From positions 58,466,001-58,530,000 of the forward strand of contig OX597821.1 in the NCBI GenBank assembly GCA_951406725.2: a stretch of DNA of 64,000 bases, read 5' to 3'. Positions 1-12,364 of the stretch are shown in pieces (position 1 is the stretch's first letter; every line of letters starts with the position of its first letter). Under the pieces are notes generated by a model, which did no database searches, had not been told where the DNA came from, and saw only the letters and a list, made by a program, of their open reading frames with translations. The position numbers were made by a program, and so were the translations under genes. The stretch is from Octopus vulgaris (Eukaryota).

Positions 1-1188
1 ATCATTTTCAATGCATAACTTGATGCGCTTTGCAAAATTCAGGTGAACTTGATTAAATAAGTCTATATTGCCATCAATTTAAGCACACTGACTGGTAATG
101 CGTTCTCTCGTGTGTTTTAAATCTGTAATCTTTATTGAGTAAACTTTCTCTTTCAACATACCCCAGAAAAAGAAATCAAGGGGAGAAAGGTCTGGTGAAC
201 GAGGGGACCATTCCATATGACCCCTTCTTCCAATCTAGTGAGGAGGAAAAGTGTCATTAAATCAATCTCTAACAGTTGTGGCAAAATGGGTAGGGGCCTC
301 ATCCTGCTGAAACCAATTTGGAAGGTCCTCGCCTAGGCGCTCAATTTAAGATATTAATTTGTCTCTCAATATATTTGCATAAGTCTCATCCGTTACATGT
401 TCAATGAAGAAGGGTCCTAGAACATGAGCTTTCCAAAAACCACACCACACCATCACCTTTTTGCTGTCTTGCTGTTTGGATAGATCCATCCAATGTGGAT
501 TACCTCGAGACCAGTATAGAAGATTCTGTCTGTTGACCTTACCATTTACATAAAACGTAGCTTTGTCACTGAACAACACAAAGTTTTTCGTAAAATTGAT
601 ATTTTCATCCAATTTATTCGTCTATCAGGATCGTCTTAATTTAAGTGATGCAATATCTGTAGGTTGTATCGATGAAACTTTTCCTCAACCAGCATTTTGT
701 GGATGGTTGGTTTTGGAACACCTAACACCGTAGATGTCCGACGAAGTGATTTTGGGGGGCTAGCTAGCAGAAACTTTAGCCTCGACAGCCTCTTTAGTTT
801 CATCTGAAGTCTTTGGTCGCCCGGAACGGGGTTTATCCGAAACACTGCCTGTTTTTTTAAATTTCTTGATCAATTTCCTGACGGCAGTAAAATAAATAGG
901 TTGCCTACAAGGGTGTGGAAGATTAAATTCTTCCGCAATAAGACCATCCCTCTCGTCCACTTAATAATACTAACTCGATTCTTTCTTCTTTAGACAGATT
1001 CATCATTCGATCTGGGATTCTTTCTTCTTTAGACAGAGCCATCATTCGATCATCTGTAGAAAAAATAACAAATAAATTTAGAAAAGTAAAGTATTTTTTT
1101 TATTTAATTTAAACAAAAGTAAAAAAGGAAAATTATTATTTCTTATGTTATGATTTTATTCCATAAACCCAGACTTCGTGGACACCCT
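1..1188 (-). mobile_element. Degenerate Tc1/mariner-superfamily transposon (runs off the window start)
   Basis: Broken transposase fragments: KFKKTGSV.DKPRSGRPK (HTH) and FSD.ATF...NRQN..YWS..NPH, VMVWCG (DDE domain). TIR-like end AGGGTGTCCACGAAGTC at 1172-1188. Confidence 0.8.
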
Positions 1189-1199
1189 AAAATTGCTCT

Positions 1200-2290
1200 G
1201 ATTAAAACCCTTTCAACATGGAAGTATCCAAGGAGCATTTAAGGCACATATAATTCTTTATGAGTACAATAAAGGGAACTCTGATGCCGAAGTGACTCGA
1301 AACATACACTCAGTTTATAGCAAAGTGCTCGAATGAAAGAACTTGCAGGAGATCGTCTGCAAAATTGAAGATGAATATCGAACAGGATGTCCAGTTGAGT
1401 TTGACAAGCTCCTTGAGGCATTACTTGAAGAAAATCCGTCATTATCAGTTGAAGAATTGACAATAAAGCTTACTTCAAACCATACAACAGTTCATCGTCA
1501 TCAACAACGTGGAAAGGTTCCTAAACTTGGAAAATAGGTGCCTTATGTATTGTCCGAAAGCAACCGCAAATCCCGAGTTGGTATCTGCTCTTCTCTCCAT
1601 TCTCGCAAACTCATTTCACCCTTTTTCGATAGACTTGTGATGAAAAATGGATTTTCTATCGAAACGTTAGACGTCATAAACAGTGGCTTGGTAAAAGGGA
1701 AAATTCTCAACCACAACCGAGAAGGGAACTTCATGGGAAAAAGGTTCTACTCTCTATCTGGTGCGATTGCAAAGGCGTAATTCACTTTATATTGTTACCA
1801 CCTAATGCAACAATCAATGCTCAAGTCTACTGTCAGCAATTAGAGCGTTTGAACCAAGGTTTGAAGGAAAAAAGAGCCGCTTTAGTGAGTCGAAAACGAG
1901 TGATGTTTCAACAGGACAATGCGCAACCCCACACTGCAAAGATCACATCACAGAAGATCGAAGGGGTCGGTTTGGAAAAATTTCTTCATCCAACTTATTC
2001 TCCCGACCTTACTCCTTCAGGATACCATTTGTTTCATAGTTTACAGAATTAGTAGGGGGATACAACTTTCGCAAGCCAGGGGGAGGTCGAACCTGACATT
2101 TCAGAGTTCTTCGCTTTCAAACCAAAAGAGTTTTACGTTGATGGGATTAAAAAGCTTGTAAATAGATGGAGGTAAGTCATAGATAATTAGGGAAAGTACA
2201 TTGATGATTAACTTTCAATTAAATATAACATTTGATCACTTGTATTCTTTATCCAAAATTCAGACAGAACTTATGGGATGACCTGAGATA
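1200..2290 (+). mobile_element. Degenerate mariner element (pseudogenised transposase)
   Basis: Frame-shifted fragments with FQQDNAQPH and HPTYSPDLTPSGYHLF (mariner YSPDL motif). 3' TIR-like CAGAACTTATGGGATGACCTGA near 2265-2286. Confidence 0.85.
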
Positions 2291-2688
2291 TATACACTGG
2301 CGAAAATATATTTAAGACAGACGATAAAAGTTCTATTTCTTACAAAATATTTTGTTACTAACACCATACAAATTATTATTTAACTTTTACACCTTATGCA
2401 AAATTTATTTCGCTTTCGAATGATGCAGACAATAACCATTTTTATACTACTTGAAGAATTCTAATGCTAAATATAATTTTAATGGAGATAACCTGCAGTA
2501 TATAGTACAACATTTTTGTCTCCGTATATGAGCTAAGTATTAATAAAATGTGGTATACGATAAAAATTTCGGATATTTGTCTTAAAACATTCAGACAAGA
2601 ATATTCAGATGTAGCACATGAGGTATTATTTTCCATACGAATATCCACATATTTATATTAAGAATTTCATGATAAAAATATAGAAATA

Positions 2689-3171
2689 TTGGGTTGTCCG
2701 GAAAGTTCTTGCAGATTTATAGTAGCTTATCTTTCGACTTATTTTAGAACATGTTTGAGTCCATAAAATAGGATTTGACTACACCTCCATTTGGAGCACA
2801 GTTTAATCTATCTTTTCGTGGAAGAAGGTTTATGTTCCAATAACCTGTGTTAATTCTGTAAACCTTTAAATTAAAAGATGAGAAAAATTCATTATCGGCA
2901 TTTGATGCTTTGGGAACCAGACAAAAATTGCTGCAGCTTGGCTGGGGTGACTTACCCCACCCTCCATATTCACCAGATATTACTCCTTCGGATTTCCACT
3001 TATTCAGGTCTCTGCAGAATAGTCTTAATGGTGAAAATTTCAATTCCTTAGATGACGTAAAAAGATACCTTGATGAATTATTTGCCTTGAAACCACCCCA
3101 ATTCTGGGAAGAGTATTTAGTGACCATGTACTTTCCTTTAAAAATCGGAACGAACTTTCCGGACAACCCAA
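2689..3171 (+). mobile_element. Internally deleted non-autonomous mariner
   Basis: TIRs TTGGGTTGTCCGGAAAGTTC / GAACTTTCCGGACAACCCAA flanked by TA. Residual [21 protein letters not shown]. Confidence 0.88.
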
Positions 3172-3650
3172 TATAAACATAACAATGAAATACAAATAAA
3201 AACATGAAAAATGAAAACCTGAATTGAAAGAGGCGATTAAATTTTTTTTCCTAACCTGCAGCCGTTTGTTGTACGAGGTATTCGAAATTCAGCCCTCCTT
3301 CCTCAGGGTTCCTTTCTCGAGGTAAAATCCAGCAGAAAGCAGTAAGGCACTACATGACGAGTATTCAGTTGGTAAAAGTTCAGTTTTTGAGTATATATTG
3401 TTTTATTATTACCCACAAGGGGCCAACAAAGAGGGGACAATACAACCTGATGTGGGGTCAGATTCACGAATGAGGTTACAAAAGTATGAGTTTAAAAATT
3501 CCAAAAATTCACAAAAATTGCAAAAATTATAAAAATCGAATGAGAAAAAACAGACCGGAAGACACTACAGGTGGAGTGGGGGCGGGTTCAGCTCGGACCC
3601 CACGAGCCCCGCCTCACCACTGATACTTTTGGTTTCGTTTTGATCTACAT

Positions 3651-6600
3651 TTATGTGGTGTCATCCATTCTCAACTTCCGTGCTACATCCTTCCATCGTT
3701 CTTCATACACTCTTTTAGTCAGGCATTTTCTCTCCAGCCCTATCTTCCTTTTCAGGTGGTAGATGAAGTAATTCATCAACCCAGGGCCGGATATGAACTT
3801 GCCTGACCGTATACCTTTCATTCTCGTCTTCCATATCACCTCCTTCGCAATTGCTACCACAACGAGAAAACAAATCTTACCTTCTTTCGCGAGGAAATCT
3901 GGTGGGTCAATTTTTTTAATACACTCAGTCGACAGCTGTACTCTTCGTGTGCTTGACAACAGCTGTTCGGCATAAACCCACACCTCAGACACGTCCGAAC
4001 AATGAACAATAGCGTGCGGGACGGTTTCCCTATCCCGCCCGCATCTTGGACACATCGGACTGTCTTGGCCACCGTGCCTTGCGAGTTTATCCCGAACAGG
4101 TAGAGCTCCTCTGTAGCATTGCCATGCCAGAGACTTCTGGAAGTTGTCCAGAGTCTTCGGCTCGAACGTACGTCGGAACAGACTAGCCAGCTGATTATCG
4201 TCGAGACCCAGGGTTTCCCCCAAGGTGTCTTCACATTCCGCCTCTACCAACCCTCTATAGAAGAATGTGGTGGAACCCCCACCGCAGGCGTTGCCCGAGC
4301 GACGGAATAGCAGGAGGGCCTTTCGACACTCCGTATACCATGTACCGAGTTTCGATCTACGATTCAACCAGGTTTCCCATCCACCGAAACTAGTGAACTT
4401 GGGAAACATCAGTTTTGCTAACGGAGACCACACCCGTTCACCATCCAGGTAGAGCCACAGATGTCTTAACCTCAGCGCATGTCTGCGCATCATCAGCCAA
4501 GGCATCCCTAGCCCACCCTTTAACGGTTGTTGACAGCAAGTAGAGCGTTTCACAAGTGGTTTCCTGCCCTTCCACAGGAAGTAGAAGAGCTGTCTTTCCA
4601 ACTTGGTCAACCACGAATCAGGGCATGGAACGACGGAAAGGCGGTAGATGATAACCGATGCGATAAACACATTGGCCACCTCCGCCCTCCCTTTCAAGGA
4701 TAGCCACCGCCAAGACCAGGTCTTGGCTACTGCAGCCACCTTGCTCGTTACCTCGCCCCAATTCTTCTCTATTTGGAGGTCTGGACCGAACCAGACCCCT
4801 AGCAGTTTAATCGGACCCTCCGTCCAACGTCCCACGACGCTGTCAGGAGGCATCGACTTGCCTCTCCAGGTGCCGAGTTGCAAGCCGACTGACTTTTCGC
4901 GATTAACTTTTGCTCCTGTCACCGTCTCGTAATCCTCTATGGCCTTGCCTACTTTACATAGGTGGTCCATTTCGGTCACGATGATGGTGATGTCGTCCGC
5001 GTACGCTGACACTGATTTTCCATTACCTGGCTGTCTCGGGATGCCGCTCAGTTTTCGCAGTAATGGCTCAAGAGCCATCACGTACAAAAGCGGGGAGAGC
5101 GGACACCCTTGACGAACCGAGCGTTTGATTTTGAACGGCTTCGACAAGAAGCCGTTCACCCGAACTACCGAGTCGATGTTGTCGTAAATTTGGATAATCC
5201 ACCTGAGGAAGCCAAGGCCCAGCCCGAACTGTGCCAGGGCAGACACCAGGTAACGATGGTCGACCCTATCAAAAGCTTTGGATTGGTCTAAATGGACCAG
5301 TGCCCCACCCTTGCCAGAATCACTATTAAACCCCTCTATAGTGTACCGCATTAGATGGAGATTATCCTGAATGGTTCTGCCCGGAACGGCACATGTCTGT
5401 GCCTCCCCGATCAGACCATCCGCGACACGCGCCAATCTTTTCGATAACACTTTGGCCAAAATCTTCAACTCTGTGTTTAGCAGAGTGATGGGCCTGAAAT
5501 TATCAATGCACTCCCCCTTGCTCGGGTCCTTTCTGACGAGAGTCACCACTCCCCGGCGCACAGATCTGGGTATCAACCCGTTCTGCTGCCAGTTCGCATA
5601 GACTTCCGCCAGTAGGTGCCCGAACAAGTCTGGCATATTCTTATATAACTCGTAGGGTAGACCATCCAAACCCGGCGCCTTGCCCGCGCCGCAGTCCGCC
5701 ATTGCCTCCACCACCTCCTCAGGCGTGATTGGCCCTTCACAGCCCTCCGCATCTCGCCCCGATAAGCGCGGCAGCCCGTCGAGTAGGTCCGTAAAGGCCC
5801 TCCTCCTATCCAGTCCGCCGCACTCACCGAAAAGCTGAGCGAAGTGCTCCTGAAAGGCCTCACACATCTCCTCGGGTTCGTCTATCAACTCACCTTGTTG
5901 GTTCTTCAAAGATCGAATCGTGGCATCGTTGCCATTCCGGGCTTCCACCACTCGGGCCCATCTCACGGCGTTGATTCCTTCACATCCCATATGACGGATT
6001 CTAGCCCTGACAATGCAGCCCATGTGTTTGGCCTCGAGGTGCTGGTTTAACACCAGTCTCTTGGACGCCACCTGAGCCGCAGAGCCAGTTTTCATGGCTT
6101 CCTCTAATTCCTTAACTAGAGTAGTTTCCCTTCTAGCCTCTCTAGACACTACTCCTATGCTATATCTAATAGACTCAAACTTGATGGCTCGTTTGAGGGC
6201 GTACCACCATTTGTTATTAATGATGGCACCAGACAGCGCCCTCTGAATTATGGTCCTAATCCGGTCTCTGTACTCCTTAATCGCCAAAAGGGACGTATTA
6301 AGTTTCCAGTAACCGGATCCTCTCTTTCTAACCTTATCTATGTCAAGCTTACAAGTGACCATTTTATGATCACTGTAGCTGATCGGGTAAAACTGTGGAC
6401 GCTTAGCTATTTTACTGTCTACCTTTCTAATTAGAATTCTATCTATGTATGTCCTGGAAGATCCGTCGCTGTTTGACCATGTCCACAATGGAGCGTTCGG
6501 AAATTCCAACCTATAAGGATCTGCTAGCTCAAAGCGGCTTAGCAGTTCCAGGAAGCATGGGTTACCTTTTCTATCATTCGAGCCAACACAATCTACATCC

Positions 6601-7046
6601 GCTTTGCAAATTGTGTTAAAGTCTCCTAGCACAACTATTGAATGCGAAGTACCGAGAAAGTTCTCTAGATCACGAAAATAATCACTTTGCCCTTTATTAC
6701 TGCAGGGTGCGTAAATTGCAACCAGTCTGATAACTTTACCGTTACTGAACGTCAAATCCATGACGACCAGCCTACCTTCTGGGTCTGAAAAAATTAACTT
6801 TTTCTCAAAAACCCGGTTTCTTTTTAGTAGGACCAACACCCCACTCCCGCCTGCAGGACTGCCAGGAGAGAAAAAACTCTCGTAGCCGTCAAACAGTGGG
6901 AGTAGATCTCTTGGCCCCTTTAACCGGGTTTCTGTAGCAACAATAACATCCAAATTGCGCGACCTGATATCATTAAGGAAGCGACCTTGCTTCCCGCTTG
7001 ATCCCAGTCCGCGCACATTTAAACAACCAACACAAATGTAGTCCAT
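3651..7046 (-). CDS. LINE ORF2: APE endonuclease + reverse transcriptase + C-terminal zinc finger
   Basis: Uninterrupted ~1131 aa. Motifs: NVRG, GDFN, SDH (APE); PGLDG, FRPITLLN, DQSKAFD, RQGCPLSP, YADD (RT); CPRC...HAIVHC. Confidence 0.95.
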   Translation of the reverse strand: MDYICVGCLNVRGLGSSGKQGRFLNDIRSRNLDVIVATETRLKGPRDLLPLFDGYESFFSPGSPAGGSGVLVLLKRNRVFEKKLIFSDPEGRLVVMDLTFSNGKVIRLVAIYAPCSNKGQSDYFRDLENFLGTSHSIVVLGDFNTICKADVDCVGSNDRKGNPCFLELLSRFELADPYRLEFPNAPLWTWSNSDGSSRTYIDRILIRKVDSKIAKRPQFYPISYSDHKMVTCKLDIDKVRKRGSGYWKLNTSLLAIKEYRDRIRTIIQRALSGAIINNKWWYALKRAIKFESIRYSIGVVSREARRETTLVKELEEAMKTGSAAQVASKRLVLNQHLEAKHMGCIVRARIRHMGCEGINAVRWARVVEARNGNDATIRSLKNQQGELIDEPEEMCEAFQEHFAQLFGECGGLDRRRAFTDLLDGLPRLSGRDAEGCEGPITPEEVVEAMADCGAGKAPGLDGLPYELYKNMPDLFGHLLAEVYANWQQNGLIPRSVRRGVVTLVRKDPSKGECIDNFRPITLLNTELKILAKVLSKRLARVADGLIGEAQTCAVPGRTIQDNLHLMRYTIEGFNSDSGKGGALVHLDQSKAFDRVDHRYLVSALAQFGLGLGFLRWIIQIYDNIDSVVRVNGFLSKPFKIKRSVRQGCPLSPLLYVMALEPLLRKLSGIPRQPGNGKSVSAYADDITIIVTEMDHLCKVGKAIEDYETVTGAKVNREKSVGLQLGTWRGKSMPPDSVVGRWTEGPIKLLGVWFGPDLQIEKNWGEVTSKVAAVAKTWSWRWLSLKGRAEVANVFIASVIIYRLSVVPCPDSWLTKLERQLFYFLWKGRKPLVKRSTCCQQPLKGGLGMPWLMMRRHALRLRHLWLYLDGERVWSPLAKLMFPKFTSFGGWETWLNRRSKLGTWYTECRKALLLFRRSGNACGGGSTTFFYRGLVEAECEDTLGETLGLDDNQLASLFRRTFEPKTLDNFQKSLAWQCYRGALPVRDKLARHGGQDSPMCPRCGRDRETVPHAIVHCSDVSEVWVYAEQLLSSTRRVQLSTECIKKIDPPDFLAKEGKICFLVVVAIAKEVIWKTRMKGIRSGKFISGPGLMNYFIYHLKRKIGLERKCLTKRVYEERWKDVARKLRMDDTT

Positions 7047-7054
7047 CACTTACC

Positions 7055-8393
7055 TTATATCGGTAGTTTGGCTTGTTCGGCAGTTTCGCCTTCTTCTTCA
7101 TTTTTTTCCTTGGCTCGTGGGGGAGTCCGACGTAGGCCCTTGTATAGATATGGAGACATGTCCAGTCTCAGAGGGCCCACGTCGTGGAAGAACTCGGATT
7201 TTATCCTCCTGTAGTCCTTCCGGCCTATTTTGTATATGATGAAGTCTTTCATCTTCCTTATACGTTCCACCTTGGCCATGGCTGCCAACACATTGACAAG
7301 TCTGTTGTTAGTAGCCTTAATGGCCATAAATGAAGAAGTAACCTCTTTCCTTTTCTTCAGGTTTTCTTCTTCTTGAGGGGTGGTTTCAGTTTTCCGTTTT
7401 TTTTTTGGTAACTTTAGACCACCCCTCCTCTTTTTCGTTTTCTTTTTCTTTTTCTGCATCACTTGCAGCTTTTTCCACCTCTTTGGTTTCCTTTTTCTTC
7501 ACCGTTTCTTCTTTTTCCGACGGTGCTTCTGCCTGCGGTTTCGGTTGACACTCCGCTCTCACGTGCCCCTTCTTTCCGCAGCCGAAGCACCTCGGTTTTC
7601 TTCCTTCTACAAATACTAGTACTCGCTCCTCCTCATCTAGCCTCAGCACCTCTGGTATTTCTTCCAGAGTCTGGGCCTCCGCCTGTATTGCCATTGTGAT
7701 AATTTGGCCCTGCCAAAATCCCTCCTCCTCCACTGTAGCTTGGAGGATGTTGATTTTTTCTTTCAGGCCCAGCATCACTGCCGCCACCAGGCATGAGGCG
7801 TCCGCCTCTGGGGGAATGTTTCTCATTACTATCTTTGAAGTCCTTCTTCCTTTGTACAAGGGTAGAAGGACTAGATTTCCCGCTTTCTGAGGTTCTGTAG
7901 ATAGCCTCTTAGCTATTTCTTCGGTCCTGAACCTTACTTCTACTGTTCCGAACCGTCTTCCTCTGTTTATATAAGTAATATCTTTTCTGATTGCCTTCAG
8001 GCACTCCTCTATTTTACACTCTTCCACTTTTTGTATGCTTTTTGTAGTCATACTGTATGTCTTGTAGATAATTCTTTTCTTTTCAATCTCTTCCTTTTTT
8101 TCCATATCTTTTTTCACTGCAATTTCATTTCCTTCTTTCTTTAGAAGGTCTTCATATTTCTCCAGGTTTTCTATATCTATGTTTTTCTGTTTGCGTCCAA
8201 CAACTTCCGCAAACTTCTTTGCTGGGGCCTTTTGTCCTGGCGTTACCGCCGATTCTTTTTCCGGTGTCACCGCCGGCGTGCTTCTCTCACCCGAGGTTTG
8301 AGATTCTTCATCACCTGAGATAGGTGAATAGGTAATGGGGAAATCCATTTCGAATTTTTCTTCCAGTTTGCATTCACTGCCTTCCAAAGACAT
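7055..8393 (-). CDS. LINE ORF1 (gag-like, CCHC zinc knuckle), split by a 1-nt frameshift in an A10 run
   Basis: ATG at 8393 (MSLEGSE...); CFGCGKKGHVRAEC knuckle. Removing one base of the T10 run at 7397-7406 fuses the 363-aa and 135-aa ORFs (GWSKVTKKK-RKTETTPQ). Confidence 0.8.
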
Positions 8394-9208
8394 TCTGGCT
8401 TTGCAGCCGTTAGTAGAAAATATTTTTTTTTTTTTTTTTTTTTGTTTTTTGGATGTGTTTCGTACACGAAGGCACACAATAATTCCCCCGCGGGGGGGGG
8501 AACTACGTACACAACCTTCGCGCGAAGGCCACTAACCGTCTTATTGAAAAGACACAAAATAACAATATTAACACAGCAACAATAAACTACTAACTTTCAA
8601 TTCAACAACAATATTTCAGACAAAAAACTCACGTTTCGTTTTTGAGTATCGATGTTCACAATTTTTTCAAGAGGATTGCCACGTTTAAATAAGAAATGGA
8701 AATCATTTAGTTAATCATCCAATTTTGGGAATATTCCATTTTTTACTGATATATACTACAATAACAAAGAAATTATTTAAGATTTTAGATTTATGCATAA
8801 GTATTCTTATGGTTCCAAAACGCATGGTTCTCAGTTCAGTCCCACTGTGTGGTAACTTGGCATGTGTCTTCTACTATAGCCTGAGACCAACCAAAGCCTT
8901 GTCAGTGGATTTTGTAGACAGAAACTGAAAGAAATCAATCGTATATATATGTATGTATGTATGTATGTAAGTCTGTGTATGTGTCTTTGTGTTTCTCCCT
9001 CATCACTGCTTCACAACTGGTGTTCGTTTATTTACATCCCCATAACATACTGGTTTCACAAGAAGAAACTGATAGAATAAGTACCAGGCTTATCAAAATT
9101 TAAAAAGCTCTACGCAGTGTCTCACATTTTTGTTTGCCCACTCAGTTGTATCTATCAATTTATCTTTGTGTGTGTGTGTGTGTGTGTGTACATACATATA
9201 TATATATG

Positions 9209-9273
<65 letters not shown>

Positions 9274-9341
9274 ATTTCGTGGACAGGAACTGAAACAAAT
9301 CAATCGTATATATATGTATGTATATATGTAAGTGTATGTGT

Positions 9342-12050
9342 TTTAGTATTGGCAACATGAATGACAATAGCCAGAGACTACTTGAATTTTGCACATACCA
9401 TAACCTGTGCATCACCAACACATTCTTTCCCAACAAGACATCCCACAAGGCATCTTGGAGACATCCAAGATCTCACCACTGGCATCAGTTGGATCTCATC
9501 ATTACACGAAGATCCTTTCTGAATTCTGTTCAACTGACCCGTAGCGCGGATTGTGAGACAGATCATTCACTAATAAGAAGGGTGAGGATTCTGCCTAAAA
9601 AGTCCATCACTCCAAGAAAATTAGCCAACCACGCATTAACACTGCCAGAACCTCGAACCCTACACTGCGACAATGTTTTGCTGTTTTTATCAAGGTTGCT
9701 CTCAGTAGCTGCCCAACCTCCTCTGCTGAAAGTAGGTGGAATTATATCAGGGAAGCTTTGTATACCACATCAATAGATACTTTCGGAATGAGAGAAAGGT
9801 AAAACCCAGATTTTGTTCAGTGCTGGGCTCTCAGAGCTGGAACCAGTTATCGAAGCAAAGCGTACAGCTCTGATGCAATACAAGAGTGGTTCTTCTACAA
9901 AGTCACACGAAGAACTCAGAAAGGCAAGAAATAAAACCCAACTGACTGCCAGACGCTATGCAAATGGGTATTGAAAGGAAATCTGTCAGAGTATCCAGTC
10001 AGCTGCTGACAGTGGCGACACCCGTGGGATGTATGCCGGTTTGAAGAAGGCCCTCGGTCCATCCGCAAATACCTCAGCCCCTCTGAAATCAACTACTGGA
10101 GATCTCATCAGGGACCAAAGCAAGCAAATGGATAGATGGATGGAGTACTACCAGGATCTCTACTCACGAGAGACCACGGTAGCTGAGGCTGCAATCGAGG
10201 GTGTCAAGATCTTGCCAGTCATGTGTGAACTTGACAGTCTGCCATCTATAGCAGAGCTCACCAAATCTATTGACTCCCTAGCAAGTAACAAGGCTCCGGG
10301 AAAAGACGGCATCCCCTTAGAGATCATCAAAACCGGCAAAAACACCATCCTGCTTCGGCACATTCATGAGCTTCTATGTCAGTGCAGGTAAGAGGGTACA
10401 GTCCCTCAGAATATGCGGGATGCTAACATCATTACGCTTTACAAAAATAAAAGTGACCGTGATGATTGTAACAATTACCGTGGAATATCTCTTCTAAGCA
10501 CAGTTGGAAAAGCCTCTGCTTGCATTATCCTGTCCAGGCTGCAACTAATTGCTTCTCGAATTTATCCAGAATCGCAGTGTGGCTTTAGAAGCAGATCAAC
10601 TATTGACATGATATTCTCCATACGCCAACTTCAGAAGTCCAGAGAGCAGAACATGCCATTATATATGGCCTTCATTGATCTGACAAAGGGCTTTGACTTG
10701 GTAAGTAGAAAAGGCCTCTTCATCCTGCTCCAAAAATCGGATGTCCACCAAAGCTGCTGAGGATCATCAAATCATTCCATGCTAATATGCAAGGCACCAT
10801 ACAGCACAATGGTTCAACATCAGCCGCCTTCCAAATAAAAAATGGGGTAGAGCAAGGTTGTGTCCTTGCTCCTACATTATTTGGCATCTTCTTCTCGCTG
10901 CTGCTGTCACATGCCTTTGAGACATCAGATGATGGAGTGTTTCTGCACAGTAGAAGTGATGGGGAACTGTTCAATCTCTCGCGTCTGCGTGCCAAGACCA
11001 AAATTTCAGAAGCATCCTGATCAAGGAGATGCTACTTGCTGATGATGCCGTTCTGGTATCACACACAGAAGAAGCCCTACGAAGGCACAGCAACTGTTTT
11101 GAGCAAGCATTTGGCAACTTTGGCTTACTTATCAGCCTCAAGAAGACCAACATCATGGGTCAGGCTACATCGGACATCCCAAACATACATATTGGAGACC
11201 ACAGAGTATAGGAGGTGGAGAAGTTTACCTATCTTGGCTCTACCGTCACCTACAACCTATCCCTTGATGCTGAGCTCAATATACGCATTGGCAAGGCAGC
11301 TGCTGTGATGGCCCAACTCACCAAACGCGCATGGGACAACAATAAGCTGACCAAGACCACAAAAATGAAGATTTACCAGGCATGTGTACTTAGCACTCTA
11401 CTGTATGACTTTGACGCCATACACACGCCATACGACGCCATACGTCGCCTAAATATCTTTCACCTGCGCTGTCTCCGGAAAATCCATCGCATCAAATGGC
11501 AGAATCATGTCCCTAACAAAGATGTCCTCAAGCAAGCAGGAATACCAAGCATGTTTGCACTCTTCACACAAAGATGTATGAGATGGCTTGGACATGTTAG
11601 CCGTATGGAAGATGGCAGAATCCCCAAGGACATACTCAACGGAGAGCTTGCTAGGGGCACTAGGTCTGTGGGAAGACCGTTCTTACGATACAAGGATGTT
11701 TGCAAAAGGGACATGAATGCCTGCAACATCAATATTACCAACTGGGAAGCAGTTGCCAGCAACCGTGGAGATTGGCGACGTACCGTGAAAGAGGGAACAC
11801 AAAGGAGTGACATAGTGAGAAAGGAGAAATGGAAAGACAAGAAAAGACGTCAACAAGAAACTATGACATTACAACCAGTCAGGCAAAGTCTTCGCTACAT
11901 TTACGGCACCTGCCAGAGGGAGTGTTTGTCCCGGCTAGGACTACACAGCCACAGCAAGAGATGTATTAGGACATGAAATGTAAAAGCCGGACAAGATTAT
12001 TTTATGCGCAACTCCATTGTCTCCCGAGACAAAAAGGATGCCAACAACAA
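9342..12050 (+). mobile_element. 5'-truncated, decayed RTE-clade LINE
   Basis: Fragmented ORF with SWRHPRSHHWHQLD (APE), KAPGKDG, NYRGISLLS, QGCVLAPTLF, LADD, FTYLGS and RWLGHVSRM. Ends in a (CAA)n tail. Flanked by a ~77-bp direct repeat (9265-9341 / 12051-12127). Confidence 0.9.
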
Positions 12051-12364
12051 TATATATGGATTTCGTAGACAGGAACTGTAACAAATAAATCGTATATATA
12101 TGTATGTATATATGTAAGTGTATGTGTGTGTCTTTGTCTCTGTGTTTCGCCCTCATCACTGCTTCACAACTGCTGTTCACTTATTTACATCCACATAACT
12201 TACTGGTTTCACAAGAACAAACTAATAGAGTAAGTACTAGGCTTATCAACATAAAAAAGCACTAGGCTGTGTCTCATATTTTTGTTTGCTCACTCAGTTG
12301 TATCTATCAATTTATCTTTGTATGTGTGCATGTGTGTGTGTATCTATATCTATATATATATATA

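Larger units (their letters stand above)
3395..8637 (-). mobile_element. Full-length Tx1/L1-clade non-LTR retrotransposon
   Basis: 12-bp TSD GTTTTTGAGTAT at 3383-3394 and 8638-8649. Contains ORF1 (zinc knuckle) and ORF2 (APE-RT-zinc finger), with an A-rich 3' tail. Confidence 0.92.

Noticed and set aside
3793-6050. Short + strand ORFs overlapping LINE ORF2
   Set aside because: Antisense or alternative-frame shadows of a GC-richer coding sequence.
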